A stretch of 64,000 bases of DNA. It comes from a candidate division WOR-3 bacterium (GTDB taxonomy: Bacteria; Hydrothermota; Hydrothermia; JBDRYB01). The stretch spans positions 203,413-267,412 of the forward strand of contig JBDRYB010000001.1 in assembly GCA_039803205.1 (NCBI GenBank), written 5' to 3'. Made by a program: the position numbers and the translations under genes. The notes below the pieces were generated by a model that searched no databases, was not told the DNA's origin, and saw only the letters and a program-made list of their open reading frames with translations. Every line of letters begins with the position of its first letter. Position 1 is the stretch's first letter. This document shows positions 47,264 to 57,778 of the stretch, piece after piece.

Positions 47264-47911
47264 ATGGCCAAGAAGGAAAAAGGGAAGCCTGAAGGAGCAG
47301 AGGCCCCTTCGGCACCAGTGAAGCTGACTCCGGTTGACATAAGGAGGGCCACTTTTGGCTCTGCTCTGGGAGGTTTCAAGAAGGCAGAGGTTCAGGCCTT
47401 TCTTGAGAGGGTGGCAAAGGCCATGGAGGAAGTCCTGCGGGACAAGAGAACCCTTGAGGAACAGATGGGCGAGCTCCGGGCCCAACTCATGATAGTGGAC
47501 GAGCTCAAGGCCGAAAGGGACAAGATGGACGAGCAGATGTTCCTTTTGAGCAGCGAGATAGAGGCATACAAGAAGGAGCTGGAAAAGCTGAGAGCCGGAG
47601 GCGCTGGTCCGGAAACAGAGGCCTTGAAGCAGGAGAACGAGATACTTCGCCAGGAATGTGAATCCCTGAGGGCGCAGATTGAGACGCTCTCAGCGGCCGA
47701 CCCCGGCGAGATTGAGGCCCTCAGAGCCGAGATAAAAAACCTAAAGGCTCAGCTAGAAGAGGCGAGGTCCGCAGCTGGAGGGCCTGCAGAGGTCATTGGT
47801 CTAGCCAAGAGAGTGGCAGAGCAGATAAAGGCAAATGCCAAAGAGGAGGCCAGACAGGCCCTCATGAACGCCATGAAGAGGATAGAGGATCTCCTTCAGG
47901 AGCTTGGGTAG
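47264..47911 (+). CDS. DivIVA-domain coiled-coil protein
   Basis: LTPVDIRRATF...GF...EV.AFLERV followed by a long coiled coil; GAGGAGG RBS. Confidence 0.85.
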   Translation: MAKKEKGKPEGAEAPSAPVKLTPVDIRRATFGSALGGFKKAEVQAFLERVAKAMEEVLRDKRTLEEQMGELRAQLMIVDELKAERDKMDEQMFLLSSEIEAYKKELEKLRAGGAGPETEALKQENEILRQECESLRAQIETLSAADPGEIEALRAEIKNLKAQLEEARSAAGGPAEVIGLAKRVAEQIKANAKEEARQALMNAMKRIEDLLQELG

Positions 47912-47964
47912 ATCGTGTCTTTGGATCATGGCGAGCGAAGTGAAAAGAGGGAAGAGGGAACCTA

Positions 47965-48393
47965 ATGGGCACATATCCTTTCACGAAAAGAAGGTTCGCG
48001 AGGGCGCTCGCTGTGGAAATCATCTATAGGTTTTACCTCCTTGGTGAACCTCACGAGGACTCCCTCAGGGATGTGATCGCTCGCGAGGACCCGGATACTG
48101 ATGAGCGCGATCTTTTGGAGAGAATAGTGGAAACCCACAGGCTCAGATGCGAGGAAATAGCGACTCGCGTCTCCCGGGCCTGTCCTGGCTGGAAACCTGA
48201 GAGGATGCTCTTCCTTGATAGGGCAATAATAGAAGCCGCAGTGGCAGAAATGATGACAGGCCAGACCCCTCCAAAGGTGGCCATCTCCGAGGCAATAGAG
48301 ATAGCCAAATCCCTTTCCACAGAGCGTTCGCCCGGTTTCGTGAACGGTGTCCTGGATGGCATCCTCAAGGATATGAGCGCGACTGAAGGATGA
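47965..48393 (+). CDS. nusB: Transcription antitermination factor NusB
   Basis: RRFARALAV, W..ER...LDRAI and P.KVAISEAIEIAK...FVNGVLD motifs. Confidence 0.92.
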   Translation: MGTYPFTKRRFARALAVEIIYRFYLLGEPHEDSLRDVIAREDPDTDERDLLERIVETHRLRCEEIATRVSRACPGWKPERMLFLDRAIIEAAVAEMMTGQTPPKVAISEAIEIAKSLSTERSPGFVNGVLDGILKDMSATEG

Positions 48394-49127
48394 AAGTAGC
48401 AATAATTTCAGACGCCCACGGTAATCTTGAAGCAACAGAGGCCGTGCTGGCTGATATAGAGAAGAATGCTAATCCCGACGAGATATGGTTTCTCGGGGAT
48501 TCTGTGGGATACGGCCCACAGCCATCTGAGGTCCTTTCCCTCATACGAGAGAATGCCAGTATCATTCTCAGGGGGAACCACGACACTGCCCTTTTTGACC
48601 CCCAATCCTTTGATGACCTCAATCCGAGGGCACGGGTCGCTCTTGAGTGGACAAAGGAGAGGATAGGGGAGCAGGATGTGGACTTCCTCAGGAAGCTACC
48701 CGTGTTCAGGGAGGACGAGGAGAACCGGGTTCTCTTGTGTCATGCCTCACCGCATGAACCCTCTGAGTGGCACTACATATTCACCGACGAGGACGCTGAG
48801 AGGGCGTTCTCCGCGACCGAAAGCCCCATAATAATAACCGGCCACAGCCACCTTCCCCTTTGCTTCACGAGAAAGAAGGGCATAACAAGCCAGGTCCACG
48901 GCCCGGAAGCGCTTTCGCTCAACCCTGATGCGAGATACCTTCTAAACCCTGGTTCTGTTGGCCAGCCAAGGGACGGCGACCCAAGAGCCTCATACGCGGT
49001 TCTTGATACCGAGGCTGGGAGGTTCTCGGTTCGGAGGGTTGAGTATGATCTCAGGGCTGTGGCCAAAAAGATAGCGGACTCCGGACTGCCTTTATTTCTG
49101 GCGGAAAGGCTCTTTGTCGGGTTGTAA
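48390..49127 (+). CDS. Metallophosphoesterase (YfcE/calcineurin-like)
   Basis: SDAHGN, LGD.VGYG, GNHD, GHSH and NPGSVGQPRD motifs. Confidence 0.92.
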   Translation: MKVAIISDAHGNLEATEAVLADIEKNANPDEIWFLGDSVGYGPQPSEVLSLIRENASIILRGNHDTALFDPQSFDDLNPRARVALEWTKERIGEQDVDFLRKLPVFREDEENRVLLCHASPHEPSEWHYIFTDEDAERAFSATESPIIITGHSHLPLCFTRKKGITSQVHGPEALSLNPDARYLLNPGSVGQPRDGDPRASYAVLDTEAGRFSVRRVEYDLRAVAKKIADSGLPLFLAERLFVGL

Positions 49128-50358
49128 AAGGTTCTTCATCCTCACCCTCGGTTGCCCCAAGAACCTGGTTGACTCCGAGAGGATAGCGGGCGCGCTCTCA
49201 TCCCTCGGCCACTCAATTGTTTTCAGCCCCCACGAGGCTGACATGATAATCCTGAACACATGCGCTTTTATCTCTGCGGCAGAGGATGAAGCAAAAGAAT
49301 ACATAGACCGGTTTTCAAAGGAGAAACCCCTTCTGGTTGTTGGGTGTCTTCCCGCGAGGCGAAAGGGGCTCAAAAGGAGATACGGAGATACCGCGCCAGA
49401 GGCCGAGATGGTCATCCAGCTCTCTGATGCGATATTCAGGGACCCAGAGGCCGGGACCAGGCTCATAGATACCGCCCCATACGCCTATCTCAAGATAGCA
49501 GAGGGATGCTCTCGGAGGTGCAGTTTCTGCGTGATACCGAGAATAAGGGGCCGTCTCCGCTCCAGAAGGATAGAGGATATAGTATCCGAAGCAAGGGCCC
49601 TAATTGAGCTCGGGAAAAGAGAGGTGATCATCGTAGCGCAGGATACGAGCCAATTCGGGAGGGACACGGGCGAAAGCCTTGAGAAGTTGCTCGTTGAGAT
49701 AGACAGGCTTGAGGGGGATTTCTGGCTCAGGCTCATGTATCTTCACCCAGTTGGCATGACCAGGCGCCTCGCGCTAACTCTCAGATCCCTGGATCACCTC
49801 GTTCCCTATCTGCACATGCCAGTTCAACATGTCTCTGATCGGGTTCTCAGGGCTATGCTCAGAGCCGGGGGCCTCAAGGCTGTGAGGAGGGCGATCGGTT
49901 TGATAGAGAGGTATCTTCCGGATGCATTCCTTAGAACGGAGATCATGGTTGGTTTTCCAGAAGAGACCGAGGATGATTTCAAACTCGTTATCAGCGCGAT
50001 AGAATCCGGGCTCTTCAGGCGCGTCGCCGTGTTTCCCTTTTTCAGGGAAAAGGGCTCTCCGGCATATAAAATGCCTCAGATCCCAGCCCACATCATTGAT
50101 TCCCGTTATCAAGAGGCGGCCCAGGCCGCCAGAGGGCTTCACGAGAGGGTTCAGGGCTCTTTGGTTGGAAATGAGCTCCGGGTAATCGTTGATGAGCCAG
50201 GCCTTGGAAGAACCGAATATGACGCGCCTGAGGTGGATTTCTCGGTTGCTGTGCCAGAGGGCCTGGAACCAGGAAGCCTTTGCTCAGCGCGGATAATCGG
50301 GGTTGATGAGGAGGGAGACCTCATGGCCGAGATCAGTCCGGACCCCTCATCCTTCTGA
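49114..50358 (+). CDS. rimO: Ribosomal protein S12 methylthiotransferase
   Basis: LGCPKNLVDSE, NTCAFI, CSRRCSFC, W.RLMYLHP and DAPEVD motifs. Confidence 0.92.
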   Translation: MSGCKRFFILTLGCPKNLVDSERIAGALSSLGHSIVFSPHEADMIILNTCAFISAAEDEAKEYIDRFSKEKPLLVVGCLPARRKGLKRRYGDTAPEAEMVIQLSDAIFRDPEAGTRLIDTAPYAYLKIAEGCSRRCSFCVIPRIRGRLRSRRIEDIVSEARALIELGKREVIIVAQDTSQFGRDTGESLEKLLVEIDRLEGDFWLRLMYLHPVGMTRRLALTLRSLDHLVPYLHMPVQHVSDRVLRAMLRAGGLKAVRRAIGLIERYLPDAFLRTEIMVGFPEETEDDFKLVISAIESGLFRRVAVFPFFREKGSPAYKMPQIPAHIIDSRYQEAAQAARGLHERVQGSLVGNELRVIVDEPGLGRTEYDAPEVDFSVAVPEGLEPGSLCSARIIGVDEEGDLMAEISPDPSSF

Positions 50359-51526
50359 TCGGGCTTGCTATAAGTGAACCGAGGCCCCTGCGCTTGTTCT
50401 TGCTTATCGCAATAAGGAGCACCGCGAGGATTATGTAGAGCGCGGTGAATCCCCAGCGGACCCACGGGATCGGGATCATCAGCTGGACAAAGAACAGGAG
50501 AAAGAGAAGCAGAGCTTCCCATATGTTCATGTGGTAATCCGAGAGTATGGATACAGCGAAAAGGCTCTGAGCCGATGTAAGCGCTACCTCCTCAACCTGG
50601 CGAGCGTCCATGTGCAGGGCGCCAGGCCTTCCTCCGGATAGGGAATAGACCAAAGGAAGGGTTCCGATGAGGAGGGTCCACTGATTGACCTTTGAGGAGA
50701 CGAGAGCGCCGAATCCCTCGCCGGGATGCATCTTTAGCGCGAATATGGTCGCTACGATTATCTCAGGGGATTCTGAGGCAAGGGGAGCGAGCCACTGAAC
50801 CAAAATGAACTCGTCTATGCCCATTGCTCTGCCCAGAGCGAGTAGGCTCTCCGCGAAGGGCTCGGTTGAGGCAAGTATAACGAGGCCAGCGTAAAGAAAG
50901 AGAAAAACCACAATAGGCCTCCTTATCCCTGGGGTAAAGGAGCCCAGTGTTGCCGCGCAACCCTCCAGCTCCGGCTCAACCTTGTGCGCCCTTGCGGCCT
51001 GAAACATGTATAGCCCAAACAAGAAGACCAGGACAACAGAGTCCAGGAGGTCAAGCCTTCCCTTTAGCGGTATGACGAAGGAATAAAGGGTCGCTATCGC
51101 GAGAAAGGAGAGCTCTATGCCGTATGTCTTCTCAAGGGCTATGCCGCTCCTTCTGGTCTTTAGCCAGAACAAAAAGATGAGAAATGACCACCCGAAACCG
51201 ATGAGCAATCTGTTGGCTCCTGTCATGTTAGCGGTGGCGTAATGGGTGTATTCCGGGACATGAGGGGCCATCCAAGCGAAATAGAAGTCAACGGCGTATT
51301 CGGGAAGCACAGCAAGAATAGCGAGGAGGGCTATTGCCAGCGCCCTTGAGAGGTCCAGCTGCGCGACCTCGCAAGCAACGGAAAGCATGTATGCGGCTGA
51401 AACTATACCGGCCCCGAAAACCAGAGCGCCGAGCCAGGGCGGGAGGTGCATGTGGGTAAAGCGAAGCGCGATCGCTGGCAAAGCGGCAACGACGGAAATC
51501 ATTAAAGGCAAAAGGCTTATGAACAA
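50333..51526 (-). CDS. Sodium/calcium (CaCA) exchanger family protein
   Basis: LPEYAVD...ANMTGAN and PLASESPE...SSKVNQWTLL alpha repeats; many TMs. Confidence 0.85.
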   Translation of the reverse strand: MFISLLPLMISVVAALPAIALRFTHMHLPPWLGALVFGAGIVSAAYMLSVACEVAQLDLSRALAIALLAILAVLPEYAVDFYFAWMAPHVPEYTHYATANMTGANRLLIGFGWSFLIFLFWLKTRRSGIALEKTYGIELSFLAIATLYSFVIPLKGRLDLLDSVVLVFLFGLYMFQAARAHKVEPELEGCAATLGSFTPGIRRPIVVFLFLYAGLVILASTEPFAESLLALGRAMGIDEFILVQWLAPLASESPEIIVATIFALKMHPGEGFGALVSSKVNQWTLLIGTLPLVYSLSGGRPGALHMDARQVEEVALTSAQSLFAVSILSDYHMNIWEALLLFLLFFVQLMIPIPWVRWGFTALYIILAVLLIAISKNKRRGLGSLIASPIRRMRGPD

Positions 51527-51616
51527 ATGCTTATCTCCGCAAGGGGCAAATTATAAACCCCGAGGTGGAGCCAGGCCCACCGCGAGCTTTAGAATTATGG
51601 CCCAAAGGAGAAGAGA

Positions 51617-53461
51617 ATGGAAGGCAAGAGAATAGAGAGAATAGTCGCGACTGATTGCGGCTCCACAACGACGAAATCCCTCATAATCGTTTATAATGAA
51701 GAGGAAAAAACCTACAGGCTCGTGGCGAGGGGGGAAGCCCCCACCACGGTTGAAAAACCATTTGAGGATGTCACCATCGGCGTCAGAAACGCCTTCAGCG
51801 AGCTTGAGGAGGTCACCGGATACGAGATACTCAAAGAGGATGGAACCATCCTAAAACCCTCCATGCCGGACAAGAAGGGCGTTGACATCTATGTTTCAAC
51901 CTCATCTGCCGGGGGCGGGCTTCAGATGCTCGTTGCCGGGGTCGTGAAGGCCATGACGGCCGAGTCCGCGGCCAGAGCGGCCTTGGGAGCTGGTGCAATT
52001 GTCATGGAAACCATAGCCTCAAACGACGGGAGACTGCCCCACCAGCGGGTTGAGCTCATAAGGCGCCTCAGGCCAGACATGATCCTCCTCGCCGGGGGGA
52101 CCGATGGGGGAACCGTTAAGCATGTGGTTGAGCTCGCTGAACTAATCGCCGCGGCCGAGCCCAAACCCCGGTTCGGCTTCACATACAAGATGCCGGTCAT
52201 ATACGCCGGAAACAAGGACGCGAGGGATGAGATCCAGAGGATACTATCAGATAAGGCCTCCCTTCATATTGTTGACAACATAAGGCCTGTTCTTGAGGCT
52301 GAGAACCTGATACCGGCTCGCGAGGCAATCCACGAGCTGTTCATGGAGCATGTGATGCAACAGGCGCCTGGCTATCACAAGCTCATGGAGATGACTGATG
52401 TGCCGATAATGCCGACGCCAGGAGCGGTCGGGCTTCTGGTTGAAAAGGTGGCCAGGCAGTTCAACATAGAGGCCATGGGCGTTGATATTGGCGGCGCGAC
52501 AACGGACATATTCTCGGTATTCAGGGGCATATTCAACAGGACCGTCTCAGCTAACCTCGGAATGAGCTATTCCATATCAAATGTAATGGTTGAGGCCGGC
52601 CTCCCGAACATCCTGAGATGGGTTCCGTTTCACCTCGACGAGGGGGACCTGCGCAACCGCATAAGGAACAAGATGATAAGGCCCACGACCGTGCCCCAGA
52701 CCCTAGAGGACCTGATAATAGAGCAGGCAATAGCCAGGGAGGCGCTTCGTCTCGCGCTTGAACAGCACAGGATGATGGCCGTTGAGCTCAAGGGGGTTCA
52801 GAAAGTAAGGACAATAGCCGAAAGCTTTGACCAGACAATAACGGGCCAGACCATAGTCAACATGATGACCCTCAACCTGCTAATCGGCTCAGGCGGGGTC
52901 CTTTCCCACGCGCCGAGGAGGTCCCAGGCCGCCCTGATGCTTCTGGACTCCTTCCAACCAGAGGGCGTGACCTTCCTGGCCGTTGATTCCATATTCATGA
53001 TGCCGCACCTCGGTGTCCTCTCAACAGTGCACGAGGAGGCCGCGACCCAGGTCTTTGACAGGGACTGCCTCATCCGCCTCGGCACATCAATAGCCCCTCT
53101 TGGCAGAGTCAAGGAGGGCAAGAAGTGCATGAGGGTAACCCTCAAATGGCCGGACAGGAAGGAGGATGTTTTTGAAGTAAACGGGGGCCAACTTCTCAGG
53201 GTTCCGCTTGAGGTTGGTAAGAAGATAGAGGCAATAGTGGAGCCCGCTGGCGGCATGGATGTTGGCGAGGGCAAAGGTAAGAGGGTTGAGACAACCCTTG
53301 AGGGCGGAGTCGTAGGCCTCATCCTTGATGGGCGAGGAAGGCCCCTCATTCTCCCGCAGGATCCGGCTCTCAGGGTTTCCAAGCTCTCGGAGTGGGTTGA
53401 GGCCCTGGATGTCTATCCGAAGAAGGAATACCAGGAGCTTCTGGCCGCGAGAGGACAATGA
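51617..53461 (+). CDS. glmL: Glutamate mutase L (GlmL/MutL-like) ASKHA-fold ATPase
   Basis: DCGSTTTK, SSAGGGL, LAGGTDGG, PTPGAV, DIGGATTD and RTVSANLG motifs. Confidence 0.8.
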   Translation: MEGKRIERIVATDCGSTTTKSLIIVYNEEEKTYRLVARGEAPTTVEKPFEDVTIGVRNAFSELEEVTGYEILKEDGTILKPSMPDKKGVDIYVSTSSAGGGLQMLVAGVVKAMTAESAARAALGAGAIVMETIASNDGRLPHQRVELIRRLRPDMILLAGGTDGGTVKHVVELAELIAAAEPKPRFGFTYKMPVIYAGNKDARDEIQRILSDKASLHIVDNIRPVLEAENLIPAREAIHELFMEHVMQQAPGYHKLMEMTDVPIMPTPGAVGLLVEKVARQFNIEAMGVDIGGATTDIFSVFRGIFNRTVSANLGMSYSISNVMVEAGLPNILRWVPFHLDEGDLRNRIRNKMIRPTTVPQTLEDLIIEQAIAREALRLALEQHRMMAVELKGVQKVRTIAESFDQTITGQTIVNMMTLNLLIGSGGVLSHAPRRSQAALMLLDSFQPEGVTFLAVDSIFMMPHLGVLSTVHEEAATQVFDRDCLIRLGTSIAPLGRVKEGKKCMRVTLKWPDRKEDVFEVNGGQLLRVPLEVGKKIEAIVEPAGGMDVGEGKGKRVETTLEGGVVGLILDGRGRPLILPQDPALRVSKLSEWVEALDVYPKKEYQELLAARGQ

Positions 53462-54312
53462 AGTTTTCCTGGAGCGGAGACAGGGCTTTTGAGATATACC
53501 TCAAGGAGATAGAGGACATCCCAACTCTGAGCAGGGAGGAAGAGCGGGAGCTCCTCATAAAGGCGAAAAATGGGGACAGGGACGCGATAGCGAAGCTGGT
53601 CTACGCTCACCTCAAGTTCGTGGTTCACATAGCCAGCAAATACCAGGGATACGGGGTTCCCATTTCCGACCTAATAAACGAGGGGAATCTCGGGCTCCTG
53701 AAAGCAATAGAGCACTTTGACCTCTCAAAGAAGGTTAGGTTCCTCTCATATGCTATATGGTGGATCAAGCAATCCATATACCGGGCGCTCGATCTCTATT
53801 CTTCAACCGTGAGGATAACCCCAGAAAAAAGGGCCAGGCTAAAGGAGATCCTGGAGACCGAGAAACGCCTCGTCCACGAGACAGGGTTCCCCCCTTCTAT
53901 CTATGAGGTCGCTGAAGAGATGGGGCTTTCGCCGGAGGATATCGCTGAAGCAAGGCTCCTTGCGAGGAGGGATGTTTCCCTTGACATGCCGGTTGGCAAG
54001 GACGAGAGGGATACCACGCTTGGTGATGTCCTTGAGCAGGCCGCCCTGCCCTCTCCGGACGAGATATATGAGGCAGAGGAGATGCGCGAGATACTCCTCA
54101 GGCTCCTTCACCGGCTTGATAAAAAGGAGAGGAACATACTCGTGCTGTATTTTGGGCTTGAGGGCCAGCCGCAGAAGACCCTTGAGGAGATAGGTGAAAT
54201 ATTCAACATCTCCAGGGAGCGCGTCAGGCAGATAAAGGATAGGGCAATAGAAAAACTGCGCAAGTGGCATTCTGAGGACCTGAAGGATTTCGTTGAGGAG
54301 GGCGAGGAGTAG
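53458..54312 (+). CDS. Sigma-70 RpoD/RpoS-family sigma factor lacking region 1.1
   Basis: YLKEI..IP.L, DLINEGNLGL, SYAIWWIKQ and TLEEIG...SRERVRQI motifs. Confidence 0.92.
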   Translation: MKFSWSGDRAFEIYLKEIEDIPTLSREEERELLIKAKNGDRDAIAKLVYAHLKFVVHIASKYQGYGVPISDLINEGNLGLLKAIEHFDLSKKVRFLSYAIWWIKQSIYRALDLYSSTVRITPEKRARLKEILETEKRLVHETGFPPSIYEVAEEMGLSPEDIAEARLLARRDVSLDMPVGKDERDTTLGDVLEQAALPSPDEIYEAEEMREILLRLLHRLDKKERNILVLYFGLEGQPQKTLEEIGEIFNISRERVRQIKDRAIEKLRKWHSEDLKDFVEEGEE

Positions 54313-55061
54313 TGAGAAGGCCCGTTATCCTATTGACCAACGACGATGGCCCCTCATCTCCTGGGCTCACCGTTCTCCGGGAAGCCCTTGAGGAGCTCGG
54401 TGAGGTCTGGACGGTTATCCCAGCGACAGAGCAAAGTTGCATAAGCCACTCCCTCACCCTATCATCTCCCATCAGGGTTGAACGCCTGAGAGAGAGGTTC
54501 TTCTTGGTCCACGGAAAACCAGCGGATGCGGTGATAATCGCTATAGGTGACCTTCTCCCCCAGAAACCAGGGCTCTGCGTTGCCGGGGTGAACAGGGGCT
54601 ACAACCTCGGAACGGACGCATTTTACTCTGGCACGGTTGCCGCAGCAAGGGAGGCCGCTTTCATCGGGATACCAAGCCTCGCGGTCTCGGTGGAGAAGGA
54701 AAACGGGGAGGATTCAGCGGTTTCATGGGGAACGGCGGCTCATGTAGCCATCAGGGTTGCCAAGGCCATGCTGAGCGGGCGGCTGACCCATCCCCTCTGG
54801 AACCTGAATGTGCCAAACACACCCCAAGTGAAGGGTATAATGCTCAGTAGGGCTGGCAAAAGGCAGTATGCAGAGGTTCTCAGGAAAGGGGGGGATGGGT
54901 TCTATGTCATAGCAGGAACCCCAACCAAATCCGCAGAAGAGGGAACCGATATCTGGGCCGTGTCCCAGGGCTTTGCCTCCCTGACGCCGATATCAGTTGA
55001 TCCCACGGAGAGAGATGGATTACCAGAAGGCACGGGAATCCCTTCTCAGGACCCTTTCTGA
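54312..55061 (+). CDS. surE: 5'/3'-nucleotidase SurE
   Basis: ILLTNDDG, G.PAD and GVNRGYNLG...YSGTVAAA motifs. Confidence 0.93.
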   Translation: MRRPVILLTNDDGPSSPGLTVLREALEELGEVWTVIPATEQSCISHSLTLSSPIRVERLRERFFLVHGKPADAVIIAIGDLLPQKPGLCVAGVNRGYNLGTDAFYSGTVAAAREAAFIGIPSLAVSVEKENGEDSAVSWGTAAHVAIRVAKAMLSGRLTHPLWNLNVPNTPQVKGIMLSRAGKRQYAEVLRKGGDGFYVIAGTPTKSAEEGTDIWAVSQGFASLTPISVDPTERDGLPEGTGIPSQDPF

Positions 55062-55644
55062 ACAGGGGATAAAGGACCAGAGGGTGCTTGCGGCTATGGC
55101 TCGCGTTCCTCGGGAGAGGTTTCTTTCTCCGGCTCAGCGGAGCCTCGCCTACGCGAACATTCCTCTTCCCATAGGCGATGGCCAGACCATATCCCAGCCA
55201 TACATGGTCGCATACATGACCGAGAGGCTGGGGGTGGGGCCTGGGGATAGGGTCCTTGAGATAGGCACCGGTTCTGGTTATCAGGCCGCGGTCCTCGCTG
55301 AGATCGGGTGTGAGGTCTACTCGGTTGAGCGCATACCCGAGCTCGCCGAGAGGGCGAGGAAGGTCCTCTCCGAGCTGGGATACGATGTTAGAATAAGGGT
55401 TGGAGACGGAAACCTTGGGTGGCCAGAGGCTTCGCCTTTCAGGGGGATAATGGTAACGGCTGGTGCCGGGAGGGTTCCTGATCCCCTGCTTTCCCAGCTT
55501 GACATGGGCGGAAGGCTCATCATCCCCATAGGCTCATCCTGGCTTCAATACCTTACCATCATAACGAGAACTCAGGATAATTTCAAACATGAGAAGGATA
55601 TTCCCTGCTCCTTTGTCCCTCTTGTTGGGCCTTACAGCTACTGA
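55015..55644 (+). CDS. pcm: Protein-L-isoaspartate O-methyltransferase
   Basis: VPRERF, GQTISQPY and VLEIGTGSGYQAA motifs. Confidence 0.95.
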   Translation: MDYQKARESLLRTLSEQGIKDQRVLAAMARVPRERFLSPAQRSLAYANIPLPIGDGQTISQPYMVAYMTERLGVGPGDRVLEIGTGSGYQAAVLAEIGCEVYSVERIPELAERARKVLSELGYDVRIRVGDGNLGWPEASPFRGIMVTAGAGRVPDPLLSQLDMGGRLIIPIGSSWLQYLTIITRTQDNFKHEKDIPCSFVPLVGPYSY

Positions 55645-56029
55645 TTGCAAGGGGCCTCAAACCCACCCTGCGGCAAAACCAGGACACCACCTCCTGATCA
55701 AGGGCGATACCCTCTGGGTTGAGATAGCCTCAGAGCCGGGAGAACGCGAACGAGGGCTCATGTTCCGCGAATCCCTCGCGCCTGACTCCGGAATGCTCTT
55801 TGTGTTTGAGGATAAGCGAATCCTCTCCTTCTGGATGAGGAACACGAGCGTGCCCCTCTCAGTAGCGTTCCTTGATGAGAACTGGATCATCGTTGACACC
55901 CAAGACATGGAGCCCCTCTCAGATAGATTGCATTTCTCACGGAAACCAGCCCAGTATGCTATTGAGGCAAATCAGGGATGGTTCAGAGCGAGGGGAATAG
56001 GCCCGGGAGACACGGTTCTCTTTAGGTAA
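55589..56029 (+). CDS. DUF192 family protein
   Basis: GLMFRESL...GMLFVF, FWMRNT..PL and A.E.NQG motifs. Confidence 0.9.
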   Translation: MRRIFPAPLSLLLGLTATDCKGPQTHPAAKPGHHLLIKGDTLWVEIASEPGERERGLMFRESLAPDSGMLFVFEDKRILSFWMRNTSVPLSVAFLDENWIIVDTQDMEPLSDRLHFSRKPAQYAIEANQGWFRARGIGPGDTVLFR

Positions 56030-56080
56030 GCCGAGAGGAAAAGACCTGGGCTCCTGCCTTATAATTTTCCCGAAACCAAT

Positions 56081-57184
56081 ATGACCGAGCTAAGAAAGAC
56101 CGCTTTGAACGCGCTCCACCACAGCTTGGGCGCGAGGATGGTTCCTTTCGCGGGATACGAGATGCCCGTCCAGTATGAGGGCGTCATCCCTGAACACCTC
56201 TGGGTCCGTAAGTCCGCTGGGCTTTTTGATGTCTCGCACATGGGAGAGATAGATGTGAAGGGCCCCGGCGCTCTTGAGATGCTCATGCGCATAACCACCA
56301 ACAACCCATCAAAGCTCGCCGTAGGCCAGGTCCAATACTCCGCTTTTGGAACCGAGCAGGGGGGCGCGGTTGATGACCTTCTCGTATACAGGATGGCAGA
56401 GAACCACTTCTTCCTGGTTGTGAACGCGGCAAACGACGACAAGGACTGGGCCTGGGTATCCAAGCACGCTGAGGATTACGATGTTGAGGTAGCGCATCTG
56501 AGCTCAGATTACACCGAGTTGGCGTTCCAGGGGCCCTTGGCCCAGGCTGTCCTACAGGAGCTCACGGACTATGATCTTGAGAAGATAAAATATTACTGGT
56601 TCGCGCACATAGACCTGATGGGCAAGAAGGATGTCCTCGTATCGCGGACAGGCTACACCGGCGAGGATGGATTCGAGATATACACGACTGACCCGGAGTA
56701 TGGCGTTGACCTCGCCAAAAGGCTCCTCTCGGACAAGAGGGTCAAGCCAATAGGGCTTGGCGCGAGGGATACCCTCAGGATGGAGATGGGGTATTGCCTT
56801 TACGGAAACGACATAGATGATAATCAGAACCTCCTTGAGGCTGGCCTCGGTTGGATAATTGACTTTGAGAAGCCGGACTTCATCGGAAAAAGGGCGCTGG
56901 TTGCCTCAAAGGAAAAGGGCCTGAAATACCGGAGGGCTGGCTTCGTAGTGAAGGAGGAGGGTGGGCTTCCGAGGCACGGCCAGAAGGCTTTCATAGCTGG
57001 CCAGGAGGCAGGCTGGGTCTCATCAGGGACCCTCGCGCCATCCTTGGGTAAAGGCGCCGGCATGGCATATCTTCCCAGGGATTTCAAGGTCGGGGATGTC
57101 TTTGAGATAGAAGTGAGGCCTGGGAAGCGCCTCAAGGCTGAAAGGGTGAACCTGCCGATGGTAAAAGGGAGCGTGAGGAAGTAA
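56081..57184 (+). CDS. gcvT: Glycine cleavage system aminomethyltransferase T
   Basis: FAGYEMPVQY, FDVSHMG, SRTGYTGEDGFE and GLGARDTLR motifs. Confidence 0.96.
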   Translation: MTELRKTALNALHHSLGARMVPFAGYEMPVQYEGVIPEHLWVRKSAGLFDVSHMGEIDVKGPGALEMLMRITTNNPSKLAVGQVQYSAFGTEQGGAVDDLLVYRMAENHFFLVVNAANDDKDWAWVSKHAEDYDVEVAHLSSDYTELAFQGPLAQAVLQELTDYDLEKIKYYWFAHIDLMGKKDVLVSRTGYTGEDGFEIYTTDPEYGVDLAKRLLSDKRVKPIGLGARDTLRMEMGYCLYGNDIDDNQNLLEAGLGWIIDFEKPDFIGKRALVASKEKGLKYRRAGFVVKEEGGLPRHGQKAFIAGQEAGWVSSGTLAPSLGKGAGMAYLPRDFKVGDVFEIEVRPGKRLKAERVNLPMVKGSVRK

Positions 57185-57221
57185 GACGGGCTAATTAGCT
57201 TGTCCACATTTTGACTGACAG

Positions 57222-57677
57222 CTAATCCAGGTTAACCGTTCTCTCAACCTCTATATCCTGGGATATGGTGCCTATGGGGGTGTCAAAGTGGACGGTTCCG
57301 GCCATCCTTATCTTTGACTTCTTCTTTGAAACAGCGGCCATAACCACATCAACCATCTTCGGAATGGTTGAATACTTGATCTTGAGCCTCGTTGTTATTA
57401 TGCCCTCCCCGCGCTTGGGTATGGTTTGCTTCTCAGAAACAACCCCCTGAGCTACCTCAACATCCTCCATGAAAAGCGTGTAATCAAGCCTATCAAGAAC
57501 AGCGTCCACATCGTTTGGGTTTTTGGCGTTGAGCTTGAGCTCCAGCTCAAACCCAGAGAAGTCAGCGTTCACCAGCTTTGCCCCGTGAAGGCTGAAGTCG
57601 CAGTTTGCGAGGGCCTTCCGCTGGGCTATCCAGGTGCAGCTCAGAAAGGAAATCAGGAATAAAAGGAGCTTTCTCAT
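57222..57677 (-). CDS. LEA type 2 / WHy-domain lipoprotein
   Basis: MRKLLLFLISFLSC lipobox; NPN...L..LDY motif. Confidence 0.8.
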   Translation of the reverse strand: MRKLLLFLISFLSCTWIAQRKALANCDFSLHGAKLVNADFSGFELELKLNAKNPNDVDAVLDRLDYTLFMEDVEVAQGVVSEKQTIPKRGEGIITTRLKIKYSTIPKMVDVVMAAVSKKKSKIRMAGTVHFDTPIGTISQDIEVERTVNLD

Positions 57678-57778
57678 GGGGAAATTATGGGGCAGGTAGA
57701 ATAAGCGATGCAATTTCTGGGGGCTGAAAAGCGGCGAAGAGTTCCGCGACTTTCCCTTTGAGCTCTACCTCAGTGGAC

